Shown here piece by piece: positions 17,704 to 27,701 of a stretch of 64,000 nt of DNA. The position numbers were made by a program, and so were the translations under genes. Every line of letters starts with the position of its first letter. Position 1 is the stretch's first letter. The stretch comes from an uncultured Methylomirabilota bacterium (lineage in GTDB: Bacteria > Methylomirabilota > Methylomirabilia > Methylomirabilales > 2-02-FULL-66-22): positions 608,001 to 672,000 of the forward strand of contig OY970067.1 of assembly GCA_963705305.1 (NCBI GenBank), in the 5' to 3' direction. The notes beneath the pieces are model-generated. The model did not search any database. It saw only the letters and a program-made list of their open reading frames with translations, and had not been told where the DNA came from.

Positions 17704-18756
17704 CTACAGGCCGGCCGGCAGCGGCAGGCCGAATCGCTGGGACGCATTCCGGAGCTTGAGGATCGTCCCCTCCGGAAGCGGGATCCCGCTCTTGGAGCGC
17801 TCGTCGTGCACGCGGTCCTCGGGCTCGCCGGGCACCAGGACCTCTGTGAAGCCCTCGGCCGTGGGCAAGGCCTTGATCCCGTCCACGATCGCATCGGCGT
17901 TGGTCGTGTACTGCCCCAGGTCGGTGAACGTCGCAATGTCGATGGCCGCCACCACGCTGTTCTGCCGGTGGGTCATGGCGCCCGGCTGCCCCTGAAATGC
18001 CGGGGTCAGCAGCGGGTTGCCGACGAAGAGACTGGTCAGGCATTCGAACAGCATGGCCAGGCCGGACCCCTTGCCGCCCCCTGCCGGCAGCAGGACGGCG
18101 GCCTGCTTGGGGTCGGTGGTGGGCTTCCCGTCTTTGTCCAGCGCCCAGCCTAGCGGAATGGGAATCCCCTTGTCCTCGGCCACGTCGATCTTGCCGCGCG
18201 CGGCGATGCTGGTGGCCATGTCCAGCATCAGGGGCCGATGCCGCTTCCCCGGCACGCAGATGGCGATCGGGCTGTTGTGCACGCCGACGGCCCGGGCGCC
18301 ATGGGGAGCCATGTTGGGCGGATTGCAGACGATGGCGATCCCCGCCATCCCCTCCTTGGCCGCCATCAGGGAGTAGTAGCCCATGGCCCCCTGGTGGAGG
18401 GTGTTGCGGATCACGGCCCACCCGATGCCGACCCTCCGCGCCTTCTCGATGGCCTTCCGCATAGCCATCACGGTCACCACCGGCCCCGGCGAGTAGTCCG
18501 CGTCGACGAGCAGGATGGCCGGCGTCTCCTTCTGGATCTGGATGTTCGGCCGGGGCTTCATGTGCCCCTTGTCCACGAGCTCCAGGTACCAGGAGAGCCG
18601 CTGCACTCCGTGCGAGTCCACGCCGCGGAGGTTCGCCCACACCAGCACGTCCGCCTGGGCCTCAGCCCCCTCGGCCGTGAAGCCCGCCTTCTCGAACACC
18701 GCCTTGATGAACCGCTTCAGATCCTCTGCCTTCACCCGCACGTCGTTGCCTGCCAT
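17704..18756 (-). CDS. Ldh_2 family (malate/L-lactate/sulfolactate/ureidoglycolate-type) dehydrogenase
   Basis: ANLRGVDSHG, LDMATS..ARGK, GWALD, GGGKGSGLA, VLVPGEPE. Confidence 0.9.
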   Translation of the reverse strand: MAGNDVRVKAEDLKRFIKAVFEKAGFTAEGAEAQADVLVWANLRGVDSHGVQRLSWYLELVDKGHMKPRPNIQIQKETPAILLVDADYSPGPVVTVMAMRKAIEKARRVGIGWAVIRNTLHQGAMGYYSLMAAKEGMAGIAIVCNPPNMAPHGARAVGVHNSPIAICVPGKRHRPLMLDMATSIAARGKIDVAEDKGIPIPLGWALDKDGKPTTDPKQAAVLLPAGGGKGSGLAMLFECLTSLFVGNPLLTPAFQGQPGAMTHRQNSVVAAIDIATFTDLGQYTTNADAIVDGIKALPTAEGFTEVLVPGEPEDRVHDERSKSGIPLPEGTILKLRNASQRFGLPLPAGL

Positions 18757-19189
18757 GGACATCCTCGCTGTCATGGGTTATCCGTCTGGGGCCGGCGCGC
18801 CCGCCGGTCATACTTTCTTACTATATCACGAAATTCCGGTAAGGAGACGCTACAGCAACGAGTACAGGGAGGGGAGCGTCTTGACCGAGCTCCATTCGGC
18901 TAGGGGCCGCCCCAGGGTAGCGGGATCGACGCGGCCCGCGATGGCCGTGAGCGCCCGGGCGAGGCGGAAGTCCCGAGGGGCACACGCTCAGTCCCAATGG
19001 CCGCCGTGATCGCTCGGCGGGTCGCCGAGAGACCGTCGGCTGCAGGTTCTCGCCTCCAGGGGGAAAGCAGATTCGCCCAAAGACCATTTCATAGCGTAGA
19101 ATCCATCCAGAGCCGTACACTGGCGAGGAGTTCAAGGAACAGTCCGGCAGGACTTGCACCGCAACTGATCGAAGAATGGAGACCTCCCG

Positions 19190-19846
19190 ATGGGCATCCG
19201 CTTCTCTCCGAACACGACACTGATCCATTTTCCTTCTCCCGACGGGCTCAGGCTGGAGGGGCGCTTCACGCCGGCAGGGTCGGAGCGAGCCGTGGTCCTC
19301 TGCCATCCCCACCCCCTCTACGGCGGCTCCATGCTCACCCCCATCATCATGCACGTGGAGCAGGCCTTCCAGGAGGCCGGCTACACGACGCTGGCATTCA
19401 ACTTCCGCGGGGTCAGCGGCAGTCAGGGAGTCTATGGGGAAGGCCGGAGCGAGGCTGCCGATGTCCGCGGGGCCCTGGCATACCTGGTCGAGACCTTGAG
19501 AGGAGCGCCGCGCTTCCAGGCGGTGGCGGGCTACTCATTCGGCAGCTTCGTGGGTGGGCGCGTGGCGGCCTCCGACCCCGCGGTGCACTTCTACCTGGGC
19601 GTGGCCCCCCCTCTCGGCTCGTACGACTTCGGGTTTCTGCATACGGCGGCGTGCCGCATTGCCCTGATCGGGGCGGCCCGGGACGAGCACTGCGACGGGG
19701 ACCGCTTTGCGGCACTCGTGGCCGATCTGCCGGGCTCGCCCTGGATCCGGGTGCTGGACACCAACCACTTCTTCGCCGCGGCCGTCCCCGACCTCGTGGC
19801 AGCCCTCCGCGAGGCCATCGCCTGGGCCGCCCCGCCGCGCCCATAG
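19190..19846 (+). CDS. Alpha/beta-fold hydrolase
   Basis: CHPHPLYGGSM, FNFRGV, GYSFG nucleophile elbow, NHFF. Confidence 0.88.
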   Translation: MGIRFSPNTTLIHFPSPDGLRLEGRFTPAGSERAVVLCHPHPLYGGSMLTPIIMHVEQAFQEAGYTTLAFNFRGVSGSQGVYGEGRSEAADVRGALAYLVETLRGAPRFQAVAGYSFGSFVGGRVAASDPAVHFYLGVAPPLGSYDFGFLHTAACRIALIGAARDEHCDGDRFAALVADLPGSPWIRVLDTNHFFAAAVPDLVAALREAIAWAAPPRP

Positions 19847-19970
19847 CCGACCTCCGGAGCGCGGCAATTGGGGACGCATCCGGGTCCAGGCCGACCTCTC
19901 CCTGCGGCCGGCACGTGGCGGCCCCGAAGGGGACAAGATCTATGACCGACTCAGACTGACAAGGGAGGGA

Positions 19971-21182
19971 TCATACGGTCCAAGGGCTGCGCAGGAACCT
20001 GAGGCTCAGAAGGATGGAGATGACCAGGACGCCCACGATCGGGAGGGCGGCGGCGGTAAACCCCCATCCACCGATCATCCATCCCACCGTCGCCGGCGCC
20101 ACGATGAAGCCCAGGTCGGTCACGAGCCGGTACTTCGCGGCGGCCCGGCCCCCGAAGGCGCCCCTCGCCTGCTCTGCCAGGAGTGCCGGCACCAGCATCC
20201 ACACGCTCATCCCAACGTTCAGGAGCACATAGGCCACGCCAAATCCCAGGACGCCCGAGGCCAGGGGCCCGAGAATCGTCCCGAGCAGCATGGCGCCGAA
20301 CCCGGGAACCATGATGCGGGCCTTTCCCCACACATCCGCGGCCCAGCCGACGGGCACCAGCAGGCAGACTTCGATCCAGAACGCCACGGCCAGCGACTGT
20401 CCGATGGCCGCTGACGAGAGGCCCAGGGCGCTCCCGCCGTATAGCGGAAACAGGGTCGAGATCCCGCCCCCCCAGGCGAATGCCTGGGCGAAAGTCGCCA
20501 CGAAGACTGCCGCCATCGGCCCCCAGGAGGCTCGCGGCGGCACCTGGATCGGGGGGGATGCGGGCGACCGGCTCTCCTCCAGGAGCATTCCCCGGAGTCC
20601 CGGCAGGACCCCTCGCGCCGCCACGATCCACGTCACGGTCTGCACCCCGGCGGCCAGACCGAAGCTGGCGCGCCAGTGCCAGCGCGTGGCGACCTCGCCC
20701 GCCGCAAAGGCGCTCGCCGCCATTCCGGCGATCACCGCCAGCTCGTACATGTTGGCGCGGCGATTCACCTGTCGGGGAGCGGACCGGCGCATCAGGTACA
20801 GGACGGCCAGGATATTGGCCATGCCCGAGCCTATGCCCGCCAAGAATTGGGCCGCCAGCATGGCTTCGAATGAGCCTGCGACGGCGGCGAGGAGCCCGCC
20901 GAGAAGCAGGAGTCCCGAGGCGCCGTGCACCAAGCAGGAGACCCCCAGGCGCTCGGCCAGGACTCCTGCCGGCAGATCTACCAAGAACCGCGCCAGGGCA
21001 AATCCGCTCCCCAGCAGGCCACTCGAGGCGAAGGTCAGGCCCAGATCCTCCATGACCTTCGGCAGGAGGGGGGTGAAGGCCCCCTGACCCACGTTCCAGA
21101 GGAAATATTGCACCAGGAACCACCCGAAGGTGGTATCCCACAGGCGGTCTCGGCTCTGCAACTCCTGTGTGGAACCATTCAC
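19971..21182 (-). CDS. MFS transporter
   Basis: About 12 hydrophobic segments; DLPAGVLAERLG and GWAADVWG loop motifs; GTG start. Confidence 0.85.
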   Translation of the reverse strand: MNGSTQELQSRDRLWDTTFGWFLVQYFLWNVGQGAFTPLLPKVMEDLGLTFASSGLLGSGFALARFLVDLPAGVLAERLGVSCLVHGASGLLLLGGLLAAVAGSFEAMLAAQFLAGIGSGMANILAVLYLMRRSAPRQVNRRANMYELAVIAGMAASAFAAGEVATRWHWRASFGLAAGVQTVTWIVAARGVLPGLRGMLLEESRSPASPPIQVPPRASWGPMAAVFVATFAQAFAWGGGISTLFPLYGGSALGLSSAAIGQSLAVAFWIEVCLLVPVGWAADVWGKARIMVPGFGAMLLGTILGPLASGVLGFGVAYVLLNVGMSVWMLVPALLAEQARGAFGGRAAAKYRLVTDLGFIVAPATVGWMIGGWGFTAAALPIVGVLVISILLSLRFLRSPWTV

Positions 21183-21193
21183 CTTTGAGCCTG

Positions 21194-22390
21194 CTAGGCG
21201 CTCGGCGCTTGCAGCGAGACCCGCCGTCCCTCCTGCGCCGATAGGTAGGCCGCGTAGACGACCCCGATGCAGTCCGCGGCCAACTCCACCCCCGCCAGCG
21301 GCTCGCGGTCCTCCAAGATGGCGTCCACGAAGTTGCGCATCTCCTGTTGGTAGCCGCGGAACCACTCCTCGTCCGGACTGGGGAACGTCCAGCCCGCCTT
21401 CGTCTCGATCTTCTCGGTGAAGTACTCCTCGCCGAAGATCGTCCCATCGGGGGCATACGCCTGCACGGCGGTGTTCTGGGCCAGGTTGGCGTGGAGCACC
21501 GCGTTCGTCATGTAGACGCTGACTTTCTCCTGGAGGCCGCCCAGTCCCGCGTCCGTCACGGTGACGACGGCCCGGCTCCCGTCCTCGAACGCCAGCAGGA
21601 CGCTGGCCCAGTTCTCCACGTCCTCCGGCTCCGCCGCGATCCATTTGCGCGGGCCGCGGCGCGCGGCCTCCAGCCGCATCAAGGGGGCGACCTCCGCCAT
21701 CACCGACACCGGGCGGATGGGCCGGCCGTCATGCAGCTGCCCTTCGAAGGCCTTCAGGTGAAGGCAGGTGCCCAGGGGATGCACCCCCATCCGGACGAGC
21801 GATCCCCCGCCCGTGTGCTTCCACTGCTTGGCAAACGCGGAGTGCGATCCCGAGTGGCACTCCTCGGCGCGCAGGTCGAGGATGCTGCCGCCGGCCGCCC
21901 GGATGAGCCGGCGGAGCTTCTCCACCGGCGGGGCGTAGACCCAGTTCTCGGCATAGCCGAGCTTCACCTTGTGCCGACGGACCGCCTCCACCACGGCGGC
22001 CGCATTCTTGCGGGCCCCTTCCAGCATCTTGGCGCGGCCCACGCGGTCGCCGATCGGTTCGGGGTCGCCCGGCTCGCCGAAATACCCGGTCAGCGGCTTT
22101 TCCACGATGATGTGCTTCCCCGCCTGGGCGGCCTGGATCGCCATGGTGTGGTGCACTGCCGGCGGCACGCACAGGTCCACCGCGTCCACGTCCTTGCGGT
22201 CGAGCAGGGCGCGGAAGTCGGTGGTGACGAAAGAAATCCCAAAGCGCTGCGCCATGGTGTCGGCGCGCTCCCGCGTGCGGGAGCAGATGCCCGCGAACTC
22301 CACCTGCCGCCCCCGCAGCGCCGCCAGGGTTTGCAGGTGGAGGGCGGCGCCGAACCCCGCACCCACCATCCCGATCCGAACTCTGTCCAT
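21194..22390 (-). CDS. Gfo/Idh/MocA family oxidoreductase
   Basis: GMVGAGFGA, HIIVEKPLTG, YAENWVYAP, HSGSHS, GGGSL. Confidence 0.92.
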   Translation of the reverse strand: MDRVRIGMVGAGFGAALHLQTLAALRGRQVEFAGICSRTRERADTMAQRFGISFVTTDFRALLDRKDVDAVDLCVPPAVHHTMAIQAAQAGKHIIVEKPLTGYFGEPGDPEPIGDRVGRAKMLEGARKNAAAVVEAVRRHKVKLGYAENWVYAPPVEKLRRLIRAAGGSILDLRAEECHSGSHSAFAKQWKHTGGGSLVRMGVHPLGTCLHLKAFEGQLHDGRPIRPVSVMAEVAPLMRLEAARRGPRKWIAAEPEDVENWASVLLAFEDGSRAVVTVTDAGLGGLQEKVSVYMTNAVLHANLAQNTAVQAYAPDGTIFGEEYFTEKIETKAGWTFPSPDEEWFRGYQQEMRNFVDAILEDREPLAGVELAADCIGVVYAAYLSAQEGRRVSLQAPSA

Positions 22391-22414
22391 CCCGCGCCTC
22401 CTTCGGTGCCGACT

Positions 22415-22492
22415 ATTGGTCAGTAGTCAGAAAGCGGTAGGCAGTAAGCAGTGGTCCGTGGCCTACGCCCTGTGCCACGTGCCCTATGCTCG
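22415..22492. repeat. 7-nt tandem arrays, downstream flank of the GreA/B-like gene
   Basis: AGTAGTC AGAAAGC GGTAGGC AGTAAGC AGTGGTC, then GCCCTGT GCCACGT GCCCTAT. Confidence 0.7.
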
Positions 22493-22990
22493 TTAGCGCA
22501 CCACCCGGACAGTCGCCCTGTGTGGCGGTCTGGTCGGCTGACTGACCTCGTCTCCCACCGACTTTCCGAGTATGGCCCTGGCCACCGGGGTCCCCGGTGT
22601 AACCACGCGCACCGCCGGCTTCTCATTCGGCAGCCGGATCTCCATCCCGCCGCAAACCGGAAGCAAGAAGTAGAATGTCTCCTCCGCATCGTCTTCGGCC
22701 GCAAGGCCGACCAGGCACCCCAGCGCCGCCCGCCCCGGGCGCTCCGGCAGCCGCAGACTTCGCAACGAGCGGAGCTCGTACTCCCGCTCCTGGATGTTCA
22801 GCCCCAGCGCATTGGCCAGATACGCCGACTCCTGGCCGAAGACCTCCCGCTTGCCCTTCATGACGTGCGGGCTGCTCAGCGTGGCGTCGCGCGCCGCTTC
22901 GTACCCGGCCCGCAGCTCCTCCAGCTTGGCTTCCACCTGCCCGATCACTGCCGCCAGGAGCTCCGATTTATCGAGCGCTGGAATTTCCAC
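22493..22990 (-). CDS. GreA/GreB-like transcription elongation factor homologue
   Basis: Coiled-coil N-terminus (ESAYLA); C-terminal VVTPGTPVARAILGKSVGDEV matches the Gre C-domain pattern. Confidence 0.72.
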   Translation of the reverse strand: MEIPALDKSELLAAVIGQVEAKLEELRAGYEAARDATLSSPHVMKGKREVFGQESAYLANALGLNIQEREYELRSLRSLRLPERPGRAALGCLVGLAAEDDAEETFYFLLPVCGGMEIRLPNEKPAVRVVTPGTPVARAILGKSVGDEVSQPTRPPHRATVRVVR

Positions 22991-23009
22991 TGTCAGGCCG
23001 CCCCTCCCG

Positions 23010-23082
23010 AATCAGCGATCGGCAATCAGCGGTCAGCAACAACCGAGGCTGCCTACTGCCTGCTGCATACTGCTTACTGGTT
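23010..23082. repeat. 7-nt tandem arrays, upstream flank of the GreA/B-like gene
   Basis: AATCAGC GATCGGC AATCAGC GGTCAGC, then GCTGCCT ACTGCCT GCTGCAT ACTGCTT ACTGGTT, which is reverse-complementary to 22422-22456. Confidence 0.72.
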
Positions 23083-23092
23083 CGTGGTGGCC

Positions 23093-23857
23093 TCAGTGGA
23101 ACCACATCGCACCGTTGATACCCAGCACCTCCCCCGAGATGAAGGAGGCCGCCGGGGACGCGAGGAAGACCGCGGCCGGCCCGATCTCATCGGCCGTTCC
23201 CTCCCGTCCCAGCGGAATGGTGCGGACGGTGGCCGCCCGTCCCTCCGGCGTGCTGAACCGGTCGTGGAACTGGGTGCCGATCTGGCCCGGTGCTATCGCA
23301 TTCACCCGGACACCCTTGGGCCCCACCTCTTTCGACAATGCCCGGGTGAACCCGACGATGGCCGCCTTGCTCGCCGCATAGACCGTCGCCCCGCTCCCGC
23401 CCCCGGCGAAGGCGGCTGCGGAAGCGATGTTGACGATGCTGCCAGAACCCTGGGGCAGCATGTGGCGCAGGGCGGCGCGGCACATGGCGAATGTGGAGGT
23501 CATGTTGACGTCCATGATGGTCCGGTAGAGCTCGTCCGACATCTGCGGGACGGGACAGCGTTCCACCAGGTTCCCGGCGTTGTTCACGAGAATATCCAGG
23601 CCCCCCAGAGCGATCACCGTCTCGCTGACGACGCGATCCGCGGCGGCCGGCTTGGCCAGATCGGCCTTCACCAGGAACGGCTGCCTCCCCATGCCCCGGA
23701 CTGCCCTGCCCACCTCCTCGGCCCCCGCCTCGCTGCTGAGGTAGTGAACGGCCACCTGGGCGCCCGCCTCGGCCAGCGCCAGCGAGATCGCCTTCCCGAT
23801 CCCCGACGCGCCGCCGGTCACCAGCGCCACCTTTCCATCCAAACGAAATGCACTCAT
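23093..23857 (-). CDS. SDR family oxidoreductase
   Basis: TGGASGIG, LVNNAG, YAASK, IAPG; RBS GGAGGTG. Confidence 0.92.
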   Translation of the reverse strand: MSAFRLDGKVALVTGGASGIGKAISLALAEAGAQVAVHYLSSEAGAEEVGRAVRGMGRQPFLVKADLAKPAAADRVVSETVIALGGLDILVNNAGNLVERCPVPQMSDELYRTIMDVNMTSTFAMCRAALRHMLPQGSGSIVNIASAAAFAGGGSGATVYAASKAAIVGFTRALSKEVGPKGVRVNAIAPGQIGTQFHDRFSTPEGRAATVRTIPLGREGTADEIGPAAVFLASPAASFISGEVLGINGAMWFH

Positions 23858-23971
23858 GGAATTCACCTCCATCGCCGCGGGTTCCGGCCGCCCATGTTCG
23901 GCGCCGGTCGCACGCCGCGCGCCGCGGCGGATCACCCCGCGGACTAATCCGGCCAGCTACCCACTTTCATT

Positions 23972-24118
23972 CAGGCTGCTCAAAAGGGCCCAGATGCAAG
24001 GCGCCACGCGATCCGCGGGGTACCCACCGGAGGTGGGTCGGAGGCGTACTTACTCCGAACGTCGCAGCGCCCCGGGAGCGTGCGGGTACCCGGCAGATGG
24101 GCGCTTTTCAGCAGCCTG
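23972..24118. mobile_element. 147-bp MITE-like non-autonomous element
   Basis: 21-bp terminal inverted repeats with 19/21 match (CAGGCTGCTCAAAAGGGCCCA vs CAGGCTGCTGAAAAGCGCCCA); no ORF; abuts the TAG of the upstream gene. Confidence 0.72.
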
Positions 24119-25123
24119 CTACAGCGCCACCGGGACCCCGCTCTGGACCGAGGCTCGGGCGGCATCCAGCATCCGCATGACGTCGACGATTTCCCGGCCC
24201 GAGGCCGGAGGGGTCCGCCCGTCCCACACCGCACCCGCGAACTCGCGGAGCTGATTCGCATACAGGCTGGGCGCCTGGAGCCCCTCCCGTAGGACCTGTC
24301 CGTTGAGCTCCAGGCGGTACACGTTCTCAAACGGGGGCCCGGCCGGCCGCTCGATCAGGCGCAGATGCCCCCGGGTCCCCACCACCAGGCCCTCATGCAG
24401 GGGAGGGTTCGTGCTCAGCGACAGGTGAACGGAGCCCGTCACTCCTCCCGGAAAGGTGCACAATATGTCCGCCTCGTCCTCGCCTTCCCAGGCGGGATTC
24501 GTGCGCCGCGCCGTAGCGTAGATCCGGTCGGGGACGCGGCCGAGCCACCAGTAGAGACTGTCCAGCGAGTGGCTCCCCTGGAGCAGGATGACCAGGCCGC
24601 CGGCTTGCGCGGCCGACCGCCACCAGTCGGTGGGCGGCGAGGCGAAGGGAACCAGGAAGAGGATGTGGGAGCGAAGGATGGTGCCGATCTCCGGAAGCCG
24701 GCGGACCAGCTCTTGCATCGCATCCGAAAAGCGTCGGCTCTGGGCCACCATTAGGGTCACGCCTGCGACCTCGGCCGCCCGGACCATCGCCTCGGCCGAA
24801 TGCGTATCCAGCGCCATCGGCTTTTCGACCAGGATATGCTTCCCCGCCTTGGCGGCATCGCAGGCGATGGCCGCATGGGAATCGTTGGGCGTGGTAATGA
24901 CCACGGCCTGGACCGCGGGATCCCTCAGGAGGATCCGGTACTCCTCCGTCACGCGGGGAATCCCGAACTCGCGCGCCACCCCCTCCGCCCGATCGCGCCG
25001 GCGGCCGGCAATGGCCACGGCGCGCACGCGATCGGGGAGATCGGCCGCGGCCTTCAGATGGGCCCGAGCGATCCGGCCGCTCCCAATGAATCCCAGGCCC
25101 AGCGGTTTCGTTGCACGCGACAT
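24119..25123 (-). CDS. Gfo/Idh/MocA family oxidoreductase
   Basis: [31 protein letters not shown]. Confidence 0.92.
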   Translation of the reverse strand: MSRATKPLGLGFIGSGRIARAHLKAAADLPDRVRAVAIAGRRRDRAEGVAREFGIPRVTEEYRILLRDPAVQAVVITTPNDSHAAIACDAAKAGKHILVEKPMALDTHSAEAMVRAAEVAGVTLMVAQSRRFSDAMQELVRRLPEIGTILRSHILFLVPFASPPTDWWRSAAQAGGLVILLQGSHSLDSLYWWLGRVPDRIYATARRTNPAWEGEDEADILCTFPGGVTGSVHLSLSTNPPLHEGLVVGTRGHLRLIERPAGPPFENVYRLELNGQVLREGLQAPSLYANQLREFAGAVWDGRTPPASGREIVDVMRMLDAARASVQSGVPVAL

Positions 25124-25178
25124 GCGCAACCTCCCGACCCGGCCTCCATCCGACCGGCCGGTCTCCGTGGCACCTGGA

Positions 25179-26168
25179 CTATAGGAGCGCACTCCGAGCC
25201 CGAAGCTTCGGACTGTCGTACACCTGGGAGTTCACCGGGGACTCCGGGCGCTGGCCCCGCAGGACCGCCACCGCCGCCTCGGCGGTTTTGCGTTTCAGCT
25301 CGGCGACCGACTGGTCGGAGTACCAGCCGGCGTGCGGGTTCAGGATGACATTCGGCATGGACAGCAACGGGGAATCCTGCGGCACCGGCTCCTGTTCCAG
25401 GACGTCCAGCGCCGCCCCGGCAATCCGCCCCTCTTGCAGGGCCCGGATGAGGGCGGAGGTGTCCACGATTCCCCCCCGGGCGGTGTTGACCAGGAGCGCT
25501 GTGGGCTTCATCTTTCGCAACGCGGCCTCGTTGATCAGGTGCCGGCTTTCCGCCACGAGAGGGAGATGAAGGGACACCGCGTCCGACTGTCTCAACAGGG
25601 CATCCAATGTCACCTGCTCGATGCCCGCCGGGAGGTGGGTCAAGTACGGATCGTAGCCCCGAACCCGCATGCCCACTCCGGCCGCCTTGCGGGCCGCCAG
25701 CGATCCGATGCGGCCCACGCCGATCACCCCGAAGACCCTCCCGGCCAGCCGCGGCATGGGGGGCTTTCCCGTGGCGCCCCACGTCCCGCCGCGGATGGCC
25801 CGGTCATAGTAGGTCACACCGCGCCACAGTGACAGCAGCATGGCTATGGCGTGGTCCGAGACCTCCTCGGGACAGTAATCGGGCACGTTGGCGACCACCA
25901 CTCCGCGCGCCGTCGCCGCATCCAGGTCGATAGTGTCCACGCCCACACCGTACCGAACCGCCACCCGGCAGCGTGGCAGCGCGTCCAGGACGCGCCCTGT
26001 GATGGGCGCGGCCTGGAGGATGATCGCGTCCGCCTCTCGCCCCACGGCGATGACGTCTTCCTCCGTCTTGGCCTGCTCCAACCGAAACTCGACGCCGGCC
26101 GCCTTCAAGACGGCCTCCTCCTGGGCAATGGTTCCATGATCGCAGTCCACAATCACGACGAGTGGCAT
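25179..26168 (-). CDS. D-isomer-specific 2-hydroxyacid dehydrogenase (CtBP-like)
   Basis: [51 protein letters not shown]. Confidence 0.92.
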   Translation of the reverse strand: MPLVVIVDCDHGTIAQEEAVLKAAGVEFRLEQAKTEEDVIAVGREADAIILQAAPITGRVLDALPRCRVAVRYGVGVDTIDLDAATARGVVVANVPDYCPEEVSDHAIAMLLSLWRGVTYYDRAIRGGTWGATGKPPMPRLAGRVFGVIGVGRIGSLAARKAAGVGMRVRGYDPYLTHLPAGIEQVTLDALLRQSDAVSLHLPLVAESRHLINEAALRKMKPTALLVNTARGGIVDTSALIRALQEGRIAGAALDVLEQEPVPQDSPLLSMPNVILNPHAGWYSDQSVAELKRKTAEAAVAVLRGQRPESPVNSQVYDSPKLRARSALL

Positions 26169-26312
26169 CGATTCACACCTCGCTAGGGGTTGTAGGGTTC
26201 GTCTCACGATCTCCCGCACGCGGAAGACGTATCAACAGCAGGCCGCGGATGTCAAGCGGTCCGGGGCCTGCTGCCGCGGACCGATGCCGTGGGGGAGCGG
26301 GGGCAAACGCTG

Positions 26313-27185
26313 CTACGGATCTCGCGGACGCCCGTACACGTCCAGCAGAAAGCGGGCAATGCTCAGCCTGGGCGGGAGGTCCGGCAATGCGCGGACCGAG
26401 AACCAGCGCGCGTCCTCCAACTCCTCCGTGTTCACGCGAAGGTCGCCCCCCGCATAGGCCGCCGTGAACCCGACCATAAGCTGGCTGGGAAAGGGCCAGT
26501 ACTGGCTGGTGATGTAGCGGAGGTCACGAATCCGGACACCGACCTCCTCCTGGACCTCGCGCTGCACGGCCCCTTCCAGCGATTCCCCGGCGTCCACGAA
26601 GCCCGCCACCAGGCCGTACCGGTTCGCCGGCCAGAACGACTTCCGGGTCAGGAGCAGCTGGTCCCCATCCCGCACCAGGACGATGATCGCCGGGTGCAGG
26701 TGCGGATAATGCTCGTAGGCGCAGCCGGGGCACCGCTTCCCGAGTTCGCCCGGCATGGCCGCCGTCCGCTCCCCGCAGCGGGGGCAGAAGCGACTGATGA
26801 CCTGCCAGTGGACGGCCTGGAGCGCCAGGCCCCCCAGCGACAGCACGTCTTCAGTCAACCGGGTGCGCGCCGGCAGCAGGCTTTCCAGCCGGAGGCCGGC
26901 GGGCAGCTCCCCGCCGGAGGCGATCGAGGCCGCCCAGCAGGGGACATCCCGGTAGGTACCGAGATACACGACATCCTCGACGCGATCCTCCAGCCCGTCT
27001 GGAAGCCCGCCCCGGGGAAGCTGCCACTCTGCCGCGGCGCCGTTCTCCACGACCAGCAGCGCCTGCTCCTGGATGAGGAGCCACAGCCCCGAACGATCCG
27101 CCGGCAGGTTCATGTTCTTCCCGGGGACGAACGTTTCGTGCAGGCAATCGCAATTGAAGGGGAGAATGATCTTCAATGGTTCCAT
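26313..27185 (-). CDS. nudC: NAD(H) diphosphatase
   Basis: RFCPRCG and CPGC zinc ribbon; Nudix box AGFVDAGESLEGAVQREVQEEVG; SQYWPFPSQLM. Confidence 0.93.
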   Translation of the reverse strand: MEPLKIILPFNCDCLHETFVPGKNMNLPADRSGLWLLIQEQALLVVENGAAAEWQLPRGGLPDGLEDRVEDVVYLGTYRDVPCWAASIASGGELPAGLRLESLLPARTRLTEDVLSLGGLALQAVHWQVISRFCPRCGERTAAMPGELGKRCPGCAYEHYPHLHPAIIVLVRDGDQLLLTRKSFWPANRYGLVAGFVDAGESLEGAVQREVQEEVGVRIRDLRYITSQYWPFPSQLMVGFTAAYAGGDLRVNTEELEDARWFSVRALPDLPPRLSIARFLLDVYGRPRDP

Positions 27186-27701
27186 CCCGACCTCGTTTGC
27201 ACCCCGGCAAAATCCGGGTGAGCAAAGCTCACCCGCCGAAGAAGGCCCCCACCTGCGTGATGAACTGACTGTCCTTCAGGCGGCTGTCCGCCGCATGGAT
27301 CACGCCCGAGGGCGTGGGTCCCCCGGCGTCACCCATCGGTTCGATCTCCGAGCAATAACCTGGCGACTATACCACACTCCCGGTGTCGGCTCCACGTCGC
27401 TCCGGGGGATCTCCGGGTCCGCACTGCCTGTTTCGGGAACGTCGCGCGAGGGCCAGCGGCTTTCCCGCCGGTGCGGACGCCCTGGATCGCCGATATGATC
27501 AATCTGTCGTCGTCTTTTGCCGCGATCGGCGGGGTCGTGCGGAAGACCATTCCCGGCTGGAGGACTGATGTCGTCGGGATGGCGCTGCTGGTCATTCCCG
27601 TGCTCAACCAGCTGCGCCGCTGCGGGTTCCGGCAGGCGGCCCAGACCGCTCTCGACCGCGCCTGCGGTGGCCGGCAAAAGAGGTTCGCCGCGGGCCGCCC
27701 C

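Noticed and set aside
27495..27625. Plus-strand stretch PGWRTDVVGMALLVIPVLNQLRR resembling the C-terminus of a fused TRAP permease
   Set aside because: Too short and lacks the rest of a gene; resemblance is by eye only
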